DNA of 63,851 bases, filler included, from an uncultured Candidatus Sumerlaeota bacterium (GCA_964389675.1; 6 parts of 6 records of this genome joined end to end with filler, not necessarily neighbours in it); one strand, 5' to 3'. Positions 1 to 11,044 are shown, counted from the whole stretch's first letter. Notes: generated from the sequence alone by a model not told the origin. Made by a program: numbers and translations.

Positions 1-148
1 CTTCTTTTTCAAATTTAAGCTAATTTTGTGTCCAAGATAATTGGTGGCAGTATATTATCTATTATTCGATTATATGCCGCACAATGTTTGTGTATTTGCA
101 TTCCGCATATCCTTTCATACTGGTGCATGCGATATTCAGAAGCTGTTT

Positions 149-1237
149 TCATTTCCTTATCCATGAATCAAGTTCTGAATTGCTTGAGAGATAATTAATG
201 CTGATTCCCTTATCAGTGATCAGTTTCCTTAATGCATTATCAAATGTCTGCAATAAAGAACTGAATTCCTCCAGCTTTTCTGGATCGAATGAATCGGATA
301 GAACAGGAAGGCCGAATTCCTTTATTGCGCTGTATCCGTCTGAAGGAACTCCGAGCAAAGAGGAAAGTATACCATTTGTTATATCCTGGAAATGCATAGC
401 AGAGATAAAGGCAGTATACTTATCACCTGTTGAGCATGCATTCTTAATCTTGTTTGTTGTGGATAACAATTCTTCATAGAAACCGGCGAATGATTCTTTC
501 CAGTCTGGAAGGGATGAAGCCGCTGACCTTGCTTTTTCAATTACTTCTCTGGTTTTTAGCAGCATTTCTGCAGCAATGCAAAAAGCTCTATCAGTCCTGG
601 AATCAATCAGAGTGTCAACATCTCTAATAAACCCTGAAGGCAGCAGGGGAAAACCTGATAATCTGTCAAGGTCTCTGGTCCAGCATGAAGTGAAAAGCTT
701 CCGGTTTGCAGCTGATAAAGCACTCATAAGCTGGTCAAGGAATCTCTGCTTCAGAATGTTTAGCGGACGAGACTGGCTGTGCATATCAATGACTGTTGCA
801 CCAGATTCTTTAAGCAGGTCAAGCGCCTTATCCATCATGTTCAGGGAATTTGACTCCCCAAGCATATCATCAATCCTTCTTTTATACTCTGTGATCTTCT
901 TCAGATCCTCACTGCTTCTATAATACACTATGATGCACTCTGAAATAACTGTAACTATTCTGGAGAAGTTTGCAAGGGCACTTTCCATTCTCTCCCATGA
1001 TATTGGCCAGAAGTCATAACCAATACCTCCAATTATGAATTGCCTTGATGCTTCATATCCGCGCGGGGTTGCCGGTGTAAAAAAGATATCTATATCACTC
1101 TTCTCATGCTGGGTATTGCGTGCATAAGAGCCATAGACTCCAATAATTGCTATATCTGCCGGATATTCATCTCGCACAAATTGTACTATCGATTCTATAA
1201 TGGGATCACTCTTTTTTCCCATCTCTTCTATCTTCAT
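149..1237 (-). CDS. Nucleotidyltransferase-domain protein (KNTase-like, helical C-terminal region)
   Basis: N-terminal pol-beta NTase motif GVYGSYAR...SDIDI, followed by a helical region. Confidence 0.7.
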   Translation of the reverse strand: MKIEEMGKKSDPIIESIVQFVRDEYPADIAIIGVYGSYARNTQHEKSDIDIFFTPATPRGYEASRQFIIGGIGYDFWPISWERMESALANFSRIVTVISECIIVYYRSSEDLKKITEYKRRIDDMLGESNSLNMMDKALDLLKESGATVIDMHSQSRPLNILKQRFLDQLMSALSAANRKLFTSCWTRDLDRLSGFPLLPSGFIRDVDTLIDSRTDRAFCIAAEMLLKTREVIEKARSAASSLPDWKESFAGFYEELLSTTNKIKNACSTGDKYTAFISAMHFQDITNGILSSLLGVPSDGYSAIKEFGLPVLSDSFDPEKLEEFSSLLQTFDNALRKLITDKGISINYLSSNSELDSWIRK

Positions 1238-1307
1238 TTCTGTTCTTTATCTCCAATTGCTCAGCATTATCCCCGGATTACCAGCATCTGGCGAAGTCTG
1301 TCTGTTT

Positions 1308-1778
1308 TTATTCTGAAATTCCGTCTTGTTTAATCAGTTCTTTTCTGATTTTTTCTATCAATTCATTATCTCTATCAAGATCAAAATGTATATATGGCAT
1401 TTTTTCAATATTATATATAAATGGTACTGTTTTTTTCTTTTCGGGCATCTCAGTATCATATCTTGGATGTATATGGGCATGCAGGGCCCTGTCAGTGTTT
1501 CCAAGTATTGAATAATTAATTATTGACGGATTTAGAACATTCATTAAAGCATCACCGATCAATGTCATGTCCGATAAGAACTGCATTCTTTCTGCCATGC
1601 TGATCGCGTTGAGATTATCAACAACAGGGTCCCTCAATAACAGACAATAGCCTTTAAGCCTCTGGTCATCACCAAGTACTGCCCAGCCTGATCTCATTTT
1701 TCCGATTACAGTTTTATTCTCCCCCCTGCGGGCTAATTCTACCCTTTCATGAATAAGTGTTTTATACTTCTTTTCCAG
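1308..1778 (-). CDS. HIT family hydrolase
   Basis: Histidine triad LHAHIHPRY. The ORF is open upstream of ATG 1697 (TLIHERVELARRGENKTVIGK) to a CTG at 1778 with GGAG 7 nt upstream; start uncertain. Confidence 0.8.
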   Translation of the reverse strand: MEKKYKTLIHERVELARRGENKTVIGKMRSGWAVLGDDQRLKGYCLLLRDPVVDNLNAISMAERMQFLSDMTLIGDALMNVLNPSIINYSILGNTDRALHAHIHPRYDTEMPEKKKTVPFIYNIEKMPYIHFDLDRDNELIEKIRKELIKQDGISE

Positions 1779-1951
1779 ATCAAATCTCCCTGTATATATT
1801 TCCTTGTTCCTGTTATGTTGATCTAATAAAAATAACGAGAATCATCATATATATGTTCATATTTTTTAAAACCGTTATTTTTAAGTTTCAACATCGCTGT
1901 TGGCAGAGGAAATTTGGAATATAGCCGGTTCTGTTTATGGAATGCATTCGA

Positions 1952-3328
1952 TCATGGGATCTTCACAGCCTTATCATTAGCACCTTCCAGTGTGTACATG
2001 GTAAATCCCTCAATATCACCGGAGTCATCCCTTATGAATGTAAATGTATCTGAAGATTCAGGAGTGACGAAAAACCGGTCTACATCTTCATAGAACAGCT
2101 CTAATGTCTCTTTTGGGAAGGTAGAGGTGTAAAAAAGCCTGTTCCCCCTGGTAAAGACAGTATATGTCCAGCTTTTCTCCCATTCCATTGCATATACCCC
2201 TGCATACTGCTCAAGCCTCTCAGCTGGAACAGATAGAGCTTTCCTTGAGATCTTCTCCGGCAGTGAATATTCTTCATCGAAAATTATGGCAGAAAGATCC
2301 TTTGCCAGGGTGGCCATGGGTGTCCTGTCATGATTTGAAAGAAATATTATAGCAGTTCTGCTTTCCGGGAAATAGAGTGTATAAGAGATGAATCCAACAG
2401 CCCTGCCTCCATGGCCTATTATTATATGGTCTTTTATCCTGCCTTTAACCAGACCGTAATCGTTCTCGATCATACTACCATATAAGTCTGCTGAAATGAT
2501 CCTCTTCTGATGTAAGGCACACATCCATTTAAAAAGGTCTTCTGTCGTTGAATGCAGTCCTCCCGCGCCGTATCTGTTATGTATATTCTGCGGCTCATAA
2601 TGAATATGCCTTCCTGCTACTGTGGTGTAGCCCGATGCACAGTTCTTAAAAACATCCCTTGAATTATGATGGCCTGTGCTGTTCATCTCAAGAGGCTTGA
2701 ATATGTATTTCCTGAGATATTCATCATAAGTCATTCCTGAGACCTTTTCAATTATATAGCTGAGTGTAATATAGCCATTATTGGAATATGTATGCCCTTT
2801 CCCCGGCTCAAATTCAAGAGGGAGCTGCATTATCTTTCCTGCCAGTTCTGAAAGAGGTATAATGTCAGTGTCAGTGGTAATATATGCGCCTTCGGATGGT
2901 ATTCCTGATGTATGGTTCAGCATATGCTCCAGTTTAATACCCTCCCAGCGCGGGGCATCAGGGATATATTTAGTCACCATTTCTGAAATATCAAGAAGGC
3001 CCTGTTCCTGCAGCTTCAGGATAGCGGCTGCCGTAAACTGTTTTGTGTTTGACCCTATGGGAAATACAGTAGAAGTCTCTACGGGAACAGAGAATTCAAA
3101 GTCTGCAATGCCATAACCTTTTGATAGAAGTATGGTATCATCCCTTGCAACAAGGACAGAACCATGGAACCTGCCAGCATTTGCAAGCGCTGTCATGTAT
3201 TCGTCCAGTTCTGCTGTAATATTGGTATCTTCAATGCCAGGAATGAAAGTATCCTGCTCACTGTAAGTCATTATTGTCATTATCAGAAAAATAGCCAGTA
3301 AAGTAAAAATTTTCTTTGAGTAATACAT
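1952..3328 (-). CDS. Secreted serine hydrolase (beta-lactamase class C/AmpC-like family) with C-terminal accessory domain
   Basis: SxxK (SNTK), YSN and HGG motifs; signal peptide; GGAGG RBS before ATG 3328. Confidence 0.85.
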   Translation of the reverse strand: MYYSKKIFTLLAIFLIMTIMTYSEQDTFIPGIEDTNITAELDEYMTALANAGRFHGSVLVARDDTILLSKGYGIADFEFSVPVETSTVFPIGSNTKQFTAAAILKLQEQGLLDISEMVTKYIPDAPRWEGIKLEHMLNHTSGIPSEGAYITTDTDIIPLSELAGKIMQLPLEFEPGKGHTYSNNGYITLSYIIEKVSGMTYDEYLRKYIFKPLEMNSTGHHNSRDVFKNCASGYTTVAGRHIHYEPQNIHNRYGAGGLHSTTEDLFKWMCALHQKRIISADLYGSMIENDYGLVKGRIKDHIIIGHGGRAVGFISYTLYFPESRTAIIFLSNHDRTPMATLAKDLSAIIFDEEYSLPEKISRKALSVPAERLEQYAGVYAMEWEKSWTYTVFTRGNRLFYTSTFPKETLELFYEDVDRFFVTPESSDTFTFIRDDSGDIEGFTMYTLEGANDKAVKIP

Positions 3329-3666
3329 GACCGTGCCTCCCATAGTTATTCCAGAGATTTAATCAAAGTGTGCATAAATATATTTTATTATGCTTTTATA
3401 TCATAAACAAGGATAATATCCTAATTTACAGGGAAAAAATCTATTAATGCATATGTGCTGACATATATGCAAAAGGATTAGAAGCTGTCTAAAATACGAC
3501 TTTATCACTTTATTTTCTATGACCTGGACACAATGTTTTTCAATATGGCAGTTAACGGTCTGGGGAGTGTGTCATTATCCCCGCAGCAGGCTGTAATGCC
3601 TGAATATATTGCTTTTCTGCGTTTTTGAAATGGTCGTTTTTATTGTTTCTGGTTTTAAGATCCGGT

Positions 3667-4329
3667 TTACTGACAAAGATTTATAAAAGAAGCAAAATCA
3701 ATCAGGAAATGTGTTATGATCAAAACTTTGATATTTCTGTACCTGTAGTAATGATAAGAAAAAATAAGGCCGATCAGAGTGGGGACAATAAACCCAATTA
3801 AACTGCTGTTGCCAATATGGGCAATGCCAAACACTAATGCTGATAAGGAAATTACAGCCCATTTATGCTTAAACAGAATTTCCATCCGTGGCATTAGATA
3901 ACCCCGAAATATAAATTCTTCTACAAAACCTGCTGTCAAGCATCCAAAGACCAGCAGTAATTTGTCTTCGCAATAATAATTTGCCAGGGATTCCAGTACT
4001 TCCTGGCTTTTGGGTATGTGCAGGAGGTCAAAAAGAATCGGTGTTGTAATAGCTACAATTACTGCCCCGGCAAATACAGCAATTACAGATATTGGATAGA
4101 AGTACCATTTTCTGTTGATCTCTTTCCATATAAGGAGGTTTGATCCTTCTATCTTTAATGCAACAAGACAGATCAATCCCAGCAATATCCACATCTTAAA
4201 TTCACTGATCCATGCCGCTGTCCTGCTGTTTCCAAAATCTATCAGGCCAAATAGACCTGTGGTGATTAAGACATCTAAAAGGACAACAATGCTTAACCCA
4301 AGAATTGTGAGTTTTATGGTTTTATTCAT
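3667..4329 (-). CDS. CPBP (CAAX/Abi) family intramembrane metalloprotease
   Basis: EEFIFRG, FGIAH and final H motifs; multiple hydrophobic segments. Confidence 0.9.
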   Translation of the reverse strand: MNKTIKLTILGLSIVVLLDVLITTGLFGLIDFGNSRTAAWISEFKMWILLGLICLVALKIEGSNLLIWKEINRKWYFYPISVIAVFAGAVIVAITTPILFDLLHIPKSQEVLESLANYYCEDKLLLVFGCLTAGFVEEFIFRGYLMPRMEILFKHKWAVISLSALVFGIAHIGNSSLIGFIVPTLIGLIFSYHYYRYRNIKVLIITHFLIDFASFINLCQ

Positions 4330-4750
4330 GATTACATGCCTATATTGATAAGTAAGTGATAATTATTAGATAGCTCAGGAGATATAAAATGGCCTGGATT
4401 GCCATGATCAAAATTCATTTGCTTTATAATATTTCCCATAAATCTATCCATCTAAAAAGATCGCAATGAATTCAGCACAGTGTCTTTGCATATTTCCGCA
4501 ATTTGTATTTTTCTCATTAAATAATTCTTAGTGTATCACCCGGGGATGTCAACATTTATATGCCAGCTATATCTGATCTGCTTATATATTATTTTCAATT
4601 TCATGCCTGCAGAATTTTTATTATATTACCAGGCAAAGATAATACCTGGAATCCGGTATTAATTTCAGGGCATGTATTTATTGCAGGGATCTTCTGCAGG
4701 ATCTGCTGAAAAAATATACAGCCCCGGGAAATGCATTATTCAGGATGTCT

Positions 4751-5248
4751 CTACATAGGCCAGAAATGATTGTCAAACCATATATTTTCCCTGAGGCGTT
4801 CATCAATTTTCTGAAGGTAGTCAAGATGCTTGTTTTCCCATTCTGACAGCCATTTATACAGCTTTTTTTCTTCGGGGTCATCAGTTGCTTGTGCCTGTTC
4901 TGAATATACTTTGATAGCCTTCTGTTCCATGTTAATTGCTGCAGATACGGCAGCAGCCTCAAAATCTGCAGTACCTATAGCTGATACTATTTTGGTGGTC
5001 AGTATCCTGTCTATGGTGCTCCTCATGCCTTCAAGATCCTGATCCATGAAAGAGCCTGTTTTATTAAAATGCAGGAACTGTTCAGATAGAAGCTCAATAT
5101 GACTCTGTTCTTCCTTTGCCATCATACTGAAAAAATCGCTTATATCCCTGTTTGAGGAATGGCGTGCAAATGATTCATAGAGCGCTTTGCCCCTTTTTTC
5201 CAGAAGGATTGCATTTTTAAGAATATTCATTGATTTTGTTTCAGCCAT
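4751..5248 (-). CDS. Ferritin-like/rubrerythrin family protein
   Basis: Two E...ExxH di-iron motifs (EEQSH, WENKH). Confidence 0.85.
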   Translation of the reverse strand: MAETKSMNILKNAILLEKRGKALYESFARHSSNRDISDFFSMMAKEEQSHIELLSEQFLHFNKTGSFMDQDLEGMRSTIDRILTTKIVSAIGTADFEAAAVSAAINMEQKAIKVYSEQAQATDDPEEKKLYKWLSEWENKHLDYLQKIDERLRENIWFDNHFWPM

Positions 5249-5608
5249 TTTTAATTATACTCCTTTTTTTCATTCATATAATATCATACGTAAAATTCAC
5301 AGGATAGTCCAATGAATTTGAAGCATGCACCTGACATGATAGCGTATTCCTGCTCTTATCATTTTCAAGGGTATCATATTAAAACGTAGGAAGGCAAGGA
5401 ATCCCGAAAATTCTGCTGCCTTAAAGAAGCAGTGAAGGCAGAACCGAGAAAAAGAATGAATATCAGGCAGACAATAAGAAAGAGAATATGATATCTGGAA
5501 AGAGAAGAACCTTTCTTGTCTTATTATCCTCGAGAAATCTGATACGCTGACCCGCTGGCTTTCATAAAGTCAAAAAACATTATATTTACAAAAGAAAAAA
5601 AGTCATCT

Positions 5609-5878
5609 ATGTTTATCATTCATGGGGTTATTATATATATGGTAAATACCGGGTTTGCAATTGCAAAATTCAAATATTCAAAGGATGATTTCTATGCTGT
5701 TGAGATCATAGAAAGATTCAGCACCTATGAACAGGCATGTCAGGTGTTTGCTCAAATGTCCTATGCAGACTCATCCGGCGGGACATGGCAGGATTGCTAC
5801 ACCTATGAGATCATTGATATAAAAGACAATATTCTTTATTATCACAATAACGGGAAAATACAGACAGTACTGGATTGA
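5609..5878 (+). CDS. Hypothetical protein
   Basis: 89-aa ORF 10 bp upstream of the next gene; no recognised motif. Confidence 0.5.
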   Translation: MFIIHGVIIYMVNTGFAIAKFKYSKDDFYAVEIIERFSTYEQACQVFAQMSYADSSGGTWQDCYTYEIIDIKDNILYYHNNGKIQTVLD

Positions 5879-5888
5879 AAAATACAAT

Positions 5889-6182
5889 ATGAATAAATGT
5901 TCAATATGTTCAGGCCTTAAAGATAAGGAATATGCTTTCAGTAAATACGGGTCCGATATAAATAACGGATATCTGCCCGAGATTTCAAAAAAGCTTATCC
6001 TTGTAAAGGATTTAAAAAACAGCTCATCAGGCAGATTAAAGCAATTAAAACAGTGCCCTGAATGCAGGACTTATTATCTCTATGAAACAGATTATGAGTA
6101 TTTTGCCTTCGGCTCTGAGGACGAAGAATTTTTGACACGCCTTACTGAAAAAGAAGCCCTTGAACTGCTAAATCCGGCATAA
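5889..6182 (+). CDS. Hypothetical zinc-ribbon protein
   Basis: CSIC and CPEC pairs. Confidence 0.6.
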   Translation: MNKCSICSGLKDKEYAFSKYGSDINNGYLPEISKKLILVKDLKNSSSGRLKQLKQCPECRTYYLYETDYEYFAFGSEDEEFLTRLTEKEALELLNPA

Positions 6183-6425
6183 ATCAAACAAAGGCATTCT
6201 TCACATTCAAAAAGAGACAGATCTGCCGAACCATCCCGGAATCCTGACTGTTTGTCCAAAAGCATTTTAATTTCCATATCGGCAGGTACATAGCCTGAAA
6301 CCGTTATTATATCTGACAGGCAGTTGAGGCAGACCTTTCTGGTTGGATGCCTGTTCTCCTGCTTTTGCCTTTATTATTTGACAGCAACCTTTACTAAAAA
6401 TACATTTTGCTGAAAGGTTCATTAT

Positions 6426-6869
6426 ATGAGAGCAAATTTTCAGGTACTGGTGATCCTTTTCAGAAGGGTAGAAACGGAAATCCGCTTCTGTGTTTTTAAG
6501 AGAAGCGATAATGGTGTATACCAGTTCCTTTCAGGCGGAGGAGAAAATGATGAATCAGTCTTTGATGCTGCAAAAAGAGAAACATTTGAAGAATCTGGAA
6601 TACTGGCTGATAATTTTATAGAGCTTGAGGCACTTGCATCTATACCAAAAAATATTTTTGCTGACCTAAAAGATAAGAAGGATCTTTATACTGTCAGGGA
6701 ATATTCACTTGCATGTGAACTAGAAAAAACCACACACGTTGTTCTGTCAAAAGAACATACTGAATTTGTATGGGGCACTTATGATAAAATTTATAAGCTT
6801 CTAAAGTATGACAGCAACCGGACGGCCTTATGGGAACTTAATGAAAAGATCAGAGACGGGGTAATTTAA
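6426..6869 (+). CDS. NUDIX hydrolase
   Basis: Nudix box GGGENDESVFDAAKRETFEESG; LSKEH motif. Confidence 0.9.
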   Translation: MRANFQVLVILFRRVETEIRFCVFKRSDNGVYQFLSGGGENDESVFDAAKRETFEESGILADNFIELEALASIPKNIFADLKDKKDLYTVREYSLACELEKTTHVVLSKEHTEFVWGTYDKIYKLLKYDSNRTALWELNEKIRDGVI

Positions 6870-9800
6870 TCATCTATTTTTATCGCCATAGCAAGACCTA
6901 AAGCTTCTTTCAGGTAAGCCGGCCTGATATCCTGTTTGCGGGCTGTCTCTATGGAAGACTCAAGGTGTCTTTTTGCCTCCGGCATTCGGTTCATTTTGTG
7001 CAGTATCCTGGCACAGGAGAACTCAGCCCATCCTGTTTCCGCATTTTCCGGACCCAGGCTCTCATTCCTTATTTTCAGTGCCTTAAAGGCATGATCAAGG
7101 GCCCTTTCATATTCATTCAGGCTACAGCAGGCCTCTGAAACAAGTAAATATAATGTGGACAACTGAACATCTCCAGGCCTGAATATGGATTCACCCATTT
7201 CTAATGACTTTTCATAATAGGCAAGGGCTTGACGGCTGTCGCCGTTCCTGGCATAGGCTTTACCAATGTCAAAATACAGGGGGACTATGGCAGGATGTTG
7301 CTTTCTTGATCTTAACTCAATTGAAAGCGACCTCTTTAGATATTCAATTGCTTTATTGTATTCGCCCTGGGAGCAGTATGCGTTTCCTATATTGTTGTAG
7401 CTCAGTGCAATATCCGGATGGTCAGGCCTCAAAAATTTAGCCCTGATATCCAGGGCCATATTATAGTATTTCAGAGCCTTATCATAGATACCCTTTTCCT
7501 TATAGACGACCCCGATATTATTATAGCACCTTGCAATATCCGGATGGTCTATGCCAAAGATGCCTTTCCAGATTGAAACGGCGTTTTCAAAATATTCAAG
7601 TGCCTTATCATAATCTTTCATGCTTGAATATATACAGCCTATGCTGTTATAGCTCAATGCTATTTTTGGGTGGCTCTTCCCCAGTGACCTTAAGCGTATC
7701 TCAAGGGCTTTTAAATGATGCTCAAGGGCTTTTCCTGCTTCCCCCTTATTATTATAGCATATTCCCATATTACTGTAATATGATGCAATATTCGGATGCT
7801 CAGGGCCCAGTGTCTTGATGCATATCTCCTTTGAAATCTCGTAGAATTCCAGCGCCTGGCTGTAGTTGCCTTTGTAAAGGTTTGCATTGCCAATATTATT
7901 ATAATATGCGGCCGTATCCGGATGTTCAGGTCCAGATATCCTTAGCTTTATATCCAGGGATCTTTTATAATAATTGAGTGCCTGGTCATATTCACCCTTA
8001 AGAAGGTATATATTGCCGATGCTGTTATAGCTGTCTGACAGCACCGGATGTTTTTCCCCAAATGCCTCCAGCCTTATTTTAAGTGCATTTTCTGAATATT
8101 TCAGGGCATTATTAAAATCACCTTTCTCTGTAAGTATATTTGAAATATTATAGAAGAGTTTTCCCTGTATATCCGGATCAGGATGCCGGACAGCACCAAT
8201 AAGCTTCTCCATATCCCTCGATATCTCCAGTGCCCGGCCGTATTCACCCTTAGAGTGAAGGATGCTTATTCTTGCAAGCTTGAACCTGTAGAGGAGATCG
8301 CCCTTTAGCAGGCCTGAACCTTTATTCTCAATCTCATCCAGCATCCTTATGCCCTGGTCATGTTTTGCAACTTTCTCCTTCAGATGAACATAATAAATAT
8401 ATTCAAGTATGGTATTCTCATTAGTGAAGAGAGTATCCCTGCTGATAATAGCCCATTCTTCATAAAACCTCTCGGCATTGCTGAAATTCCCATATTTCTC
8501 TTCCCTGTTCTCCGCTTTCAGGAAATATTCAGCTGCTTTGCCTGATATCTCTGCATGCTTATAATGATATGCTATATCAGCAAAATACTTCTCATCTTTA
8601 CTGTAAAATTTCTCAACAGTCTCTGCGGCCAGTTTATGAAGTTTACGGAGCCTTGTCCTCAGCTGCATCTCATATACTGCTTCCCTCAGAAGAACATGCC
8701 TGAATATGTGCCTCAGCTCATTCAATTGCACCCATATCAGCTCTTCCTCCCCTTTCTGTATAATTGATTCAAAATTATCCTTATCCAGTGCAGACCTGTA
8801 GATGTTTATCAGTACAGTCAATACATTCAGGTCAAACTCCCTGCCTAAGACCGAAGCGATCTGAACAGCCTCTTTTAATTCCTCCGAAAGCCTGTCAATG
8901 CGCGCTATAATTACCGATTTTATTCCAGCCGGGATATCAATATCCCTTTTCTTTAAGCTGAGATTCCCTTCTGATCTATTAAAAATTAATAATCCATGTT
9001 CAGTTAAATATAGACAGAATTGCTCAATATAAAACGGGTTCCCCTCCGTCTTTGATTTTATGAGCAGGTTAAGCTCTTCATCCGCCGGATGTTTTAGGAT
9101 TGTTTTTACCAGTGTTTCAGTAGAGTAAGCATTAAGGCTGTCAAGAAAGACAGATCTCGAGGCAATATTGCTGTCAGTCTTTAAAACAGGCCTTGAACCG
9201 TCATCTTTCAGCCTGCTTGATGCAATAATAATGAAGGGATAATCGTCTGGGATCCTTGTCATCAGCTCAAAGGCATCCTGAGAATCATTATCAATAAAAT
9301 GAAGGTCTTCCAGAAAAATTATCAGCGGTTTTAACAGGCTTAATCCCTTAAAGAGGTTCTTTAATGCGTGCAGAGCATTCTCATGCTTCTCCCCGGGTTC
9401 CAGTTTCTCAAAAAGTGAATCTTTCCAGAATAAACCCAGCAGGGCTCCGATAATGGACCTGGTCCTTTCCAGTTCTTCAATAATACCTGCTTTTCTTTCA
9501 TCAGTTAATGCATTCAGCTTCCTTTTCAGCTCTTCGTATCCGCTTTCGAATAATCTCATTCCTTCTTCCGCACTTCCTGCAGAAAAGGTTTTAAAATAAT
9601 CGTTCAGGAAATAAATAAAAGGGTTCAGGCTTTTTCTTAAAATGCTGTCGCACTGTAAAAGGAATGTATCTACCCTGGGTCTCAGACCCTCAGTAAATTC
9701 AGATATCAGCATGCTCTTGCCTATACCTGATTCGCCATAGACATAAATAATTCCTCCGAACTTTCCCTCATAGACAGGCCGGATATATTCATTCAATAAA

Positions 9801-11044
9801 GCCAGTTCTTTTTCCCTTCCGATCATTCCTTCGGTAAAGAAGCTCCTGGTCCCGGATGGCCTGCGCTTTCTAAGGCGTATTATGCTCACCGGCTCATTTA
9901 TGCCGTCAAATACCTTTCCGCCTATTAATTCAGTGTCATATATCAAAGGCAGTTTCCCCTCCTTTGTTTCTGACATCCATATCTCACCTGAAGGTGCTTT
10001 CATCATTATTCTTGAAGACAGGTTCACCACATCGCCGAGGCATGTATATGTACAATGCCTGTCACTTCCTATAAACCCGGAATAGACCGTGCCTGACGAT
10101 ATCCCTATCCCTGCTGATCCATTGATTACTTCATTTGCAAAATCGCAGGCCCTGATCAGATTATCTTCATATGAGAGTGGAGCGCCAAAAAAGACGAGGA
10201 AATTGCTCCCCTTATCCCCGAAATCAAGATGATTGAAATAACCGCCGTATTTATCAGTTTTTTCAAGGATATCGCTGATATATCCGTTAATACTTTCATG
10301 GGATTTAAGCCCCTTAAACCTGACAAATACAGAAACTACATCCCTGAACTCCCCTTTCTGGACATGGTCGATTATCCTTGAAGGAATGAATTCAGAGACT
10401 ATTTTCTTTTTCAGCTTTATCATTTTCATATCACTATGCTGACTATCTTTTGTTTTTATCTCTCGAAGAAGGTAAAAGCCCTCCTCTATTTTTTCAGCCT
10501 CAGCTGAATCATCCAGGTCTTGCTTCATATCAGCATCCAGGACCACCTGCATCTTCCCTGCATAATGCTCAGCTCTTGCACATCCCTCTACTGCAGGCCC
10601 CCTGAAATAATAGGCTTTTCTTTTCCCTGCCCCTATTATTCCCCAGTCAACAGGCCCGAATGACAGGCCTATCTTCACAGATACCGGAAATCCGCCATAT
10701 TTAGTACTGATCACATTGTTCTTTCTGAAAAACTCGATTATATCCCATGCTGAGAGAAGACAGGGCTCGATCCCGGCCTTTCCCGGAAATACAGCTGTTG
10801 CCCCGTCACCAGCAAATACTGAAATGAACCCGCCATGTCCATAAATGATATCTATTACCGGCTGGAACAGCCTGTCAATTATCTCCGAAAGGACCTCTGC
10901 ACCTTCCTTGCCATGAAGCATCAGGGCTCCGGTCATACCTGTAAAGCCGCCTATATCAAAGAAAAGTCCAGCAGATTCAAAGCTTCCTCGGTGCTCTCCA
11001 TTTTCAAGCCTTTCCTGCAGAAAGGGCGGTATCAGGTTCCTCAT
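6866..11044 (-). CDS. Tandem class III nucleotide cyclase - STAND/AAA ATPase - TPR protein
   Basis: Cyclase motifs FFDIGGFT/FAGDG and DFGDKG/LGDVVNLSSR; Walker A GESGIGKS; Walker B LEDLH; GNPFY; many 42-aa HPDxAxxYNNIG TPR repeats. Confidence 0.9.
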   Translation of the reverse strand: MRNLIPPFLQERLENGEHRGSFESAGLFFDIGGFTGMTGALMLHGKEGAEVLSEIIDRLFQPVIDIIYGHGGFISVFAGDGATAVFPGKAGIEPCLLSAWDIIEFFRKNNVISTKYGGFPVSVKIGLSFGPVDWGIIGAGKRKAYYFRGPAVEGCARAEHYAGKMQVVLDADMKQDLDDSAEAEKIEEGFYLLREIKTKDSQHSDMKMIKLKKKIVSEFIPSRIIDHVQKGEFRDVVSVFVRFKGLKSHESINGYISDILEKTDKYGGYFNHLDFGDKGSNFLVFFGAPLSYEDNLIRACDFANEVINGSAGIGISSGTVYSGFIGSDRHCTYTCLGDVVNLSSRIMMKAPSGEIWMSETKEGKLPLIYDTELIGGKVFDGINEPVSIIRLRKRRPSGTRSFFTEGMIGREKELALLNEYIRPVYEGKFGGIIYVYGESGIGKSMLISEFTEGLRPRVDTFLLQCDSILRKSLNPFIYFLNDYFKTFSAGSAEEGMRLFESGYEELKRKLNALTDERKAGIIEELERTRSIIGALLGLFWKDSLFEKLEPGEKHENALHALKNLFKGLSLLKPLIIFLEDLHFIDNDSQDAFELMTRIPDDYPFIIIASSRLKDDGSRPVLKTDSNIASRSVFLDSLNAYSTETLVKTILKHPADEELNLLIKSKTEGNPFYIEQFCLYLTEHGLLIFNRSEGNLSLKKRDIDIPAGIKSVIIARIDRLSEELKEAVQIASVLGREFDLNVLTVLINIYRSALDKDNFESIIQKGEEELIWVQLNELRHIFRHVLLREAVYEMQLRTRLRKLHKLAAETVEKFYSKDEKYFADIAYHYKHAEISGKAAEYFLKAENREEKYGNFSNAERFYEEWAIISRDTLFTNENTILEYIYYVHLKEKVAKHDQGIRMLDEIENKGSGLLKGDLLYRFKLARISILHSKGEYGRALEISRDMEKLIGAVRHPDPDIQGKLFYNISNILTEKGDFNNALKYSENALKIRLEAFGEKHPVLSDSYNSIGNIYLLKGEYDQALNYYKRSLDIKLRISGPEHPDTAAYYNNIGNANLYKGNYSQALEFYEISKEICIKTLGPEHPNIASYYSNMGICYNNKGEAGKALEHHLKALEIRLRSLGKSHPKIALSYNSIGCIYSSMKDYDKALEYFENAVSIWKGIFGIDHPDIARCYNNIGVVYKEKGIYDKALKYYNMALDIRAKFLRPDHPDIALSYNNIGNAYCSQGEYNKAIEYLKRSLSIELRSRKQHPAIVPLYFDIGKAYARNGDSRQALAYYEKSLEMGESIFRPGDVQLSTLYLLVSEACCSLNEYERALDHAFKALKIRNESLGPENAETGWAEFSCARILHKMNRMPEAKRHLESSIETARKQDIRPAYLKEALGLAMAIKIDD

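Noticed and set aside
1952-3328. Beta-lactam resistance gene
   Set aside because: Motifs fit the broad serine hydrolase family; beta-lactamase activity cannot be inferred
3545-3666. Possible attC after the CPBP gene (minus-strand GTTAACTGCC core)
   Set aside because: No convincing R'' box or paired arms found
5340-5580. Purine-rich intergenic region considered as a riboswitch (GGCAAGG..CCCGAAA)
   Set aside because: Does not match the c-di-GMP or other riboswitch consensus I can recognise; needs an Rfam scan
7000-8200. 126-bp periodic repeats, considered as CRISPR or a DGR target
   Set aside because: They are coding 42-aa TPR repeats; no spacers, reverse transcriptase or adenine-specific template/variable pair
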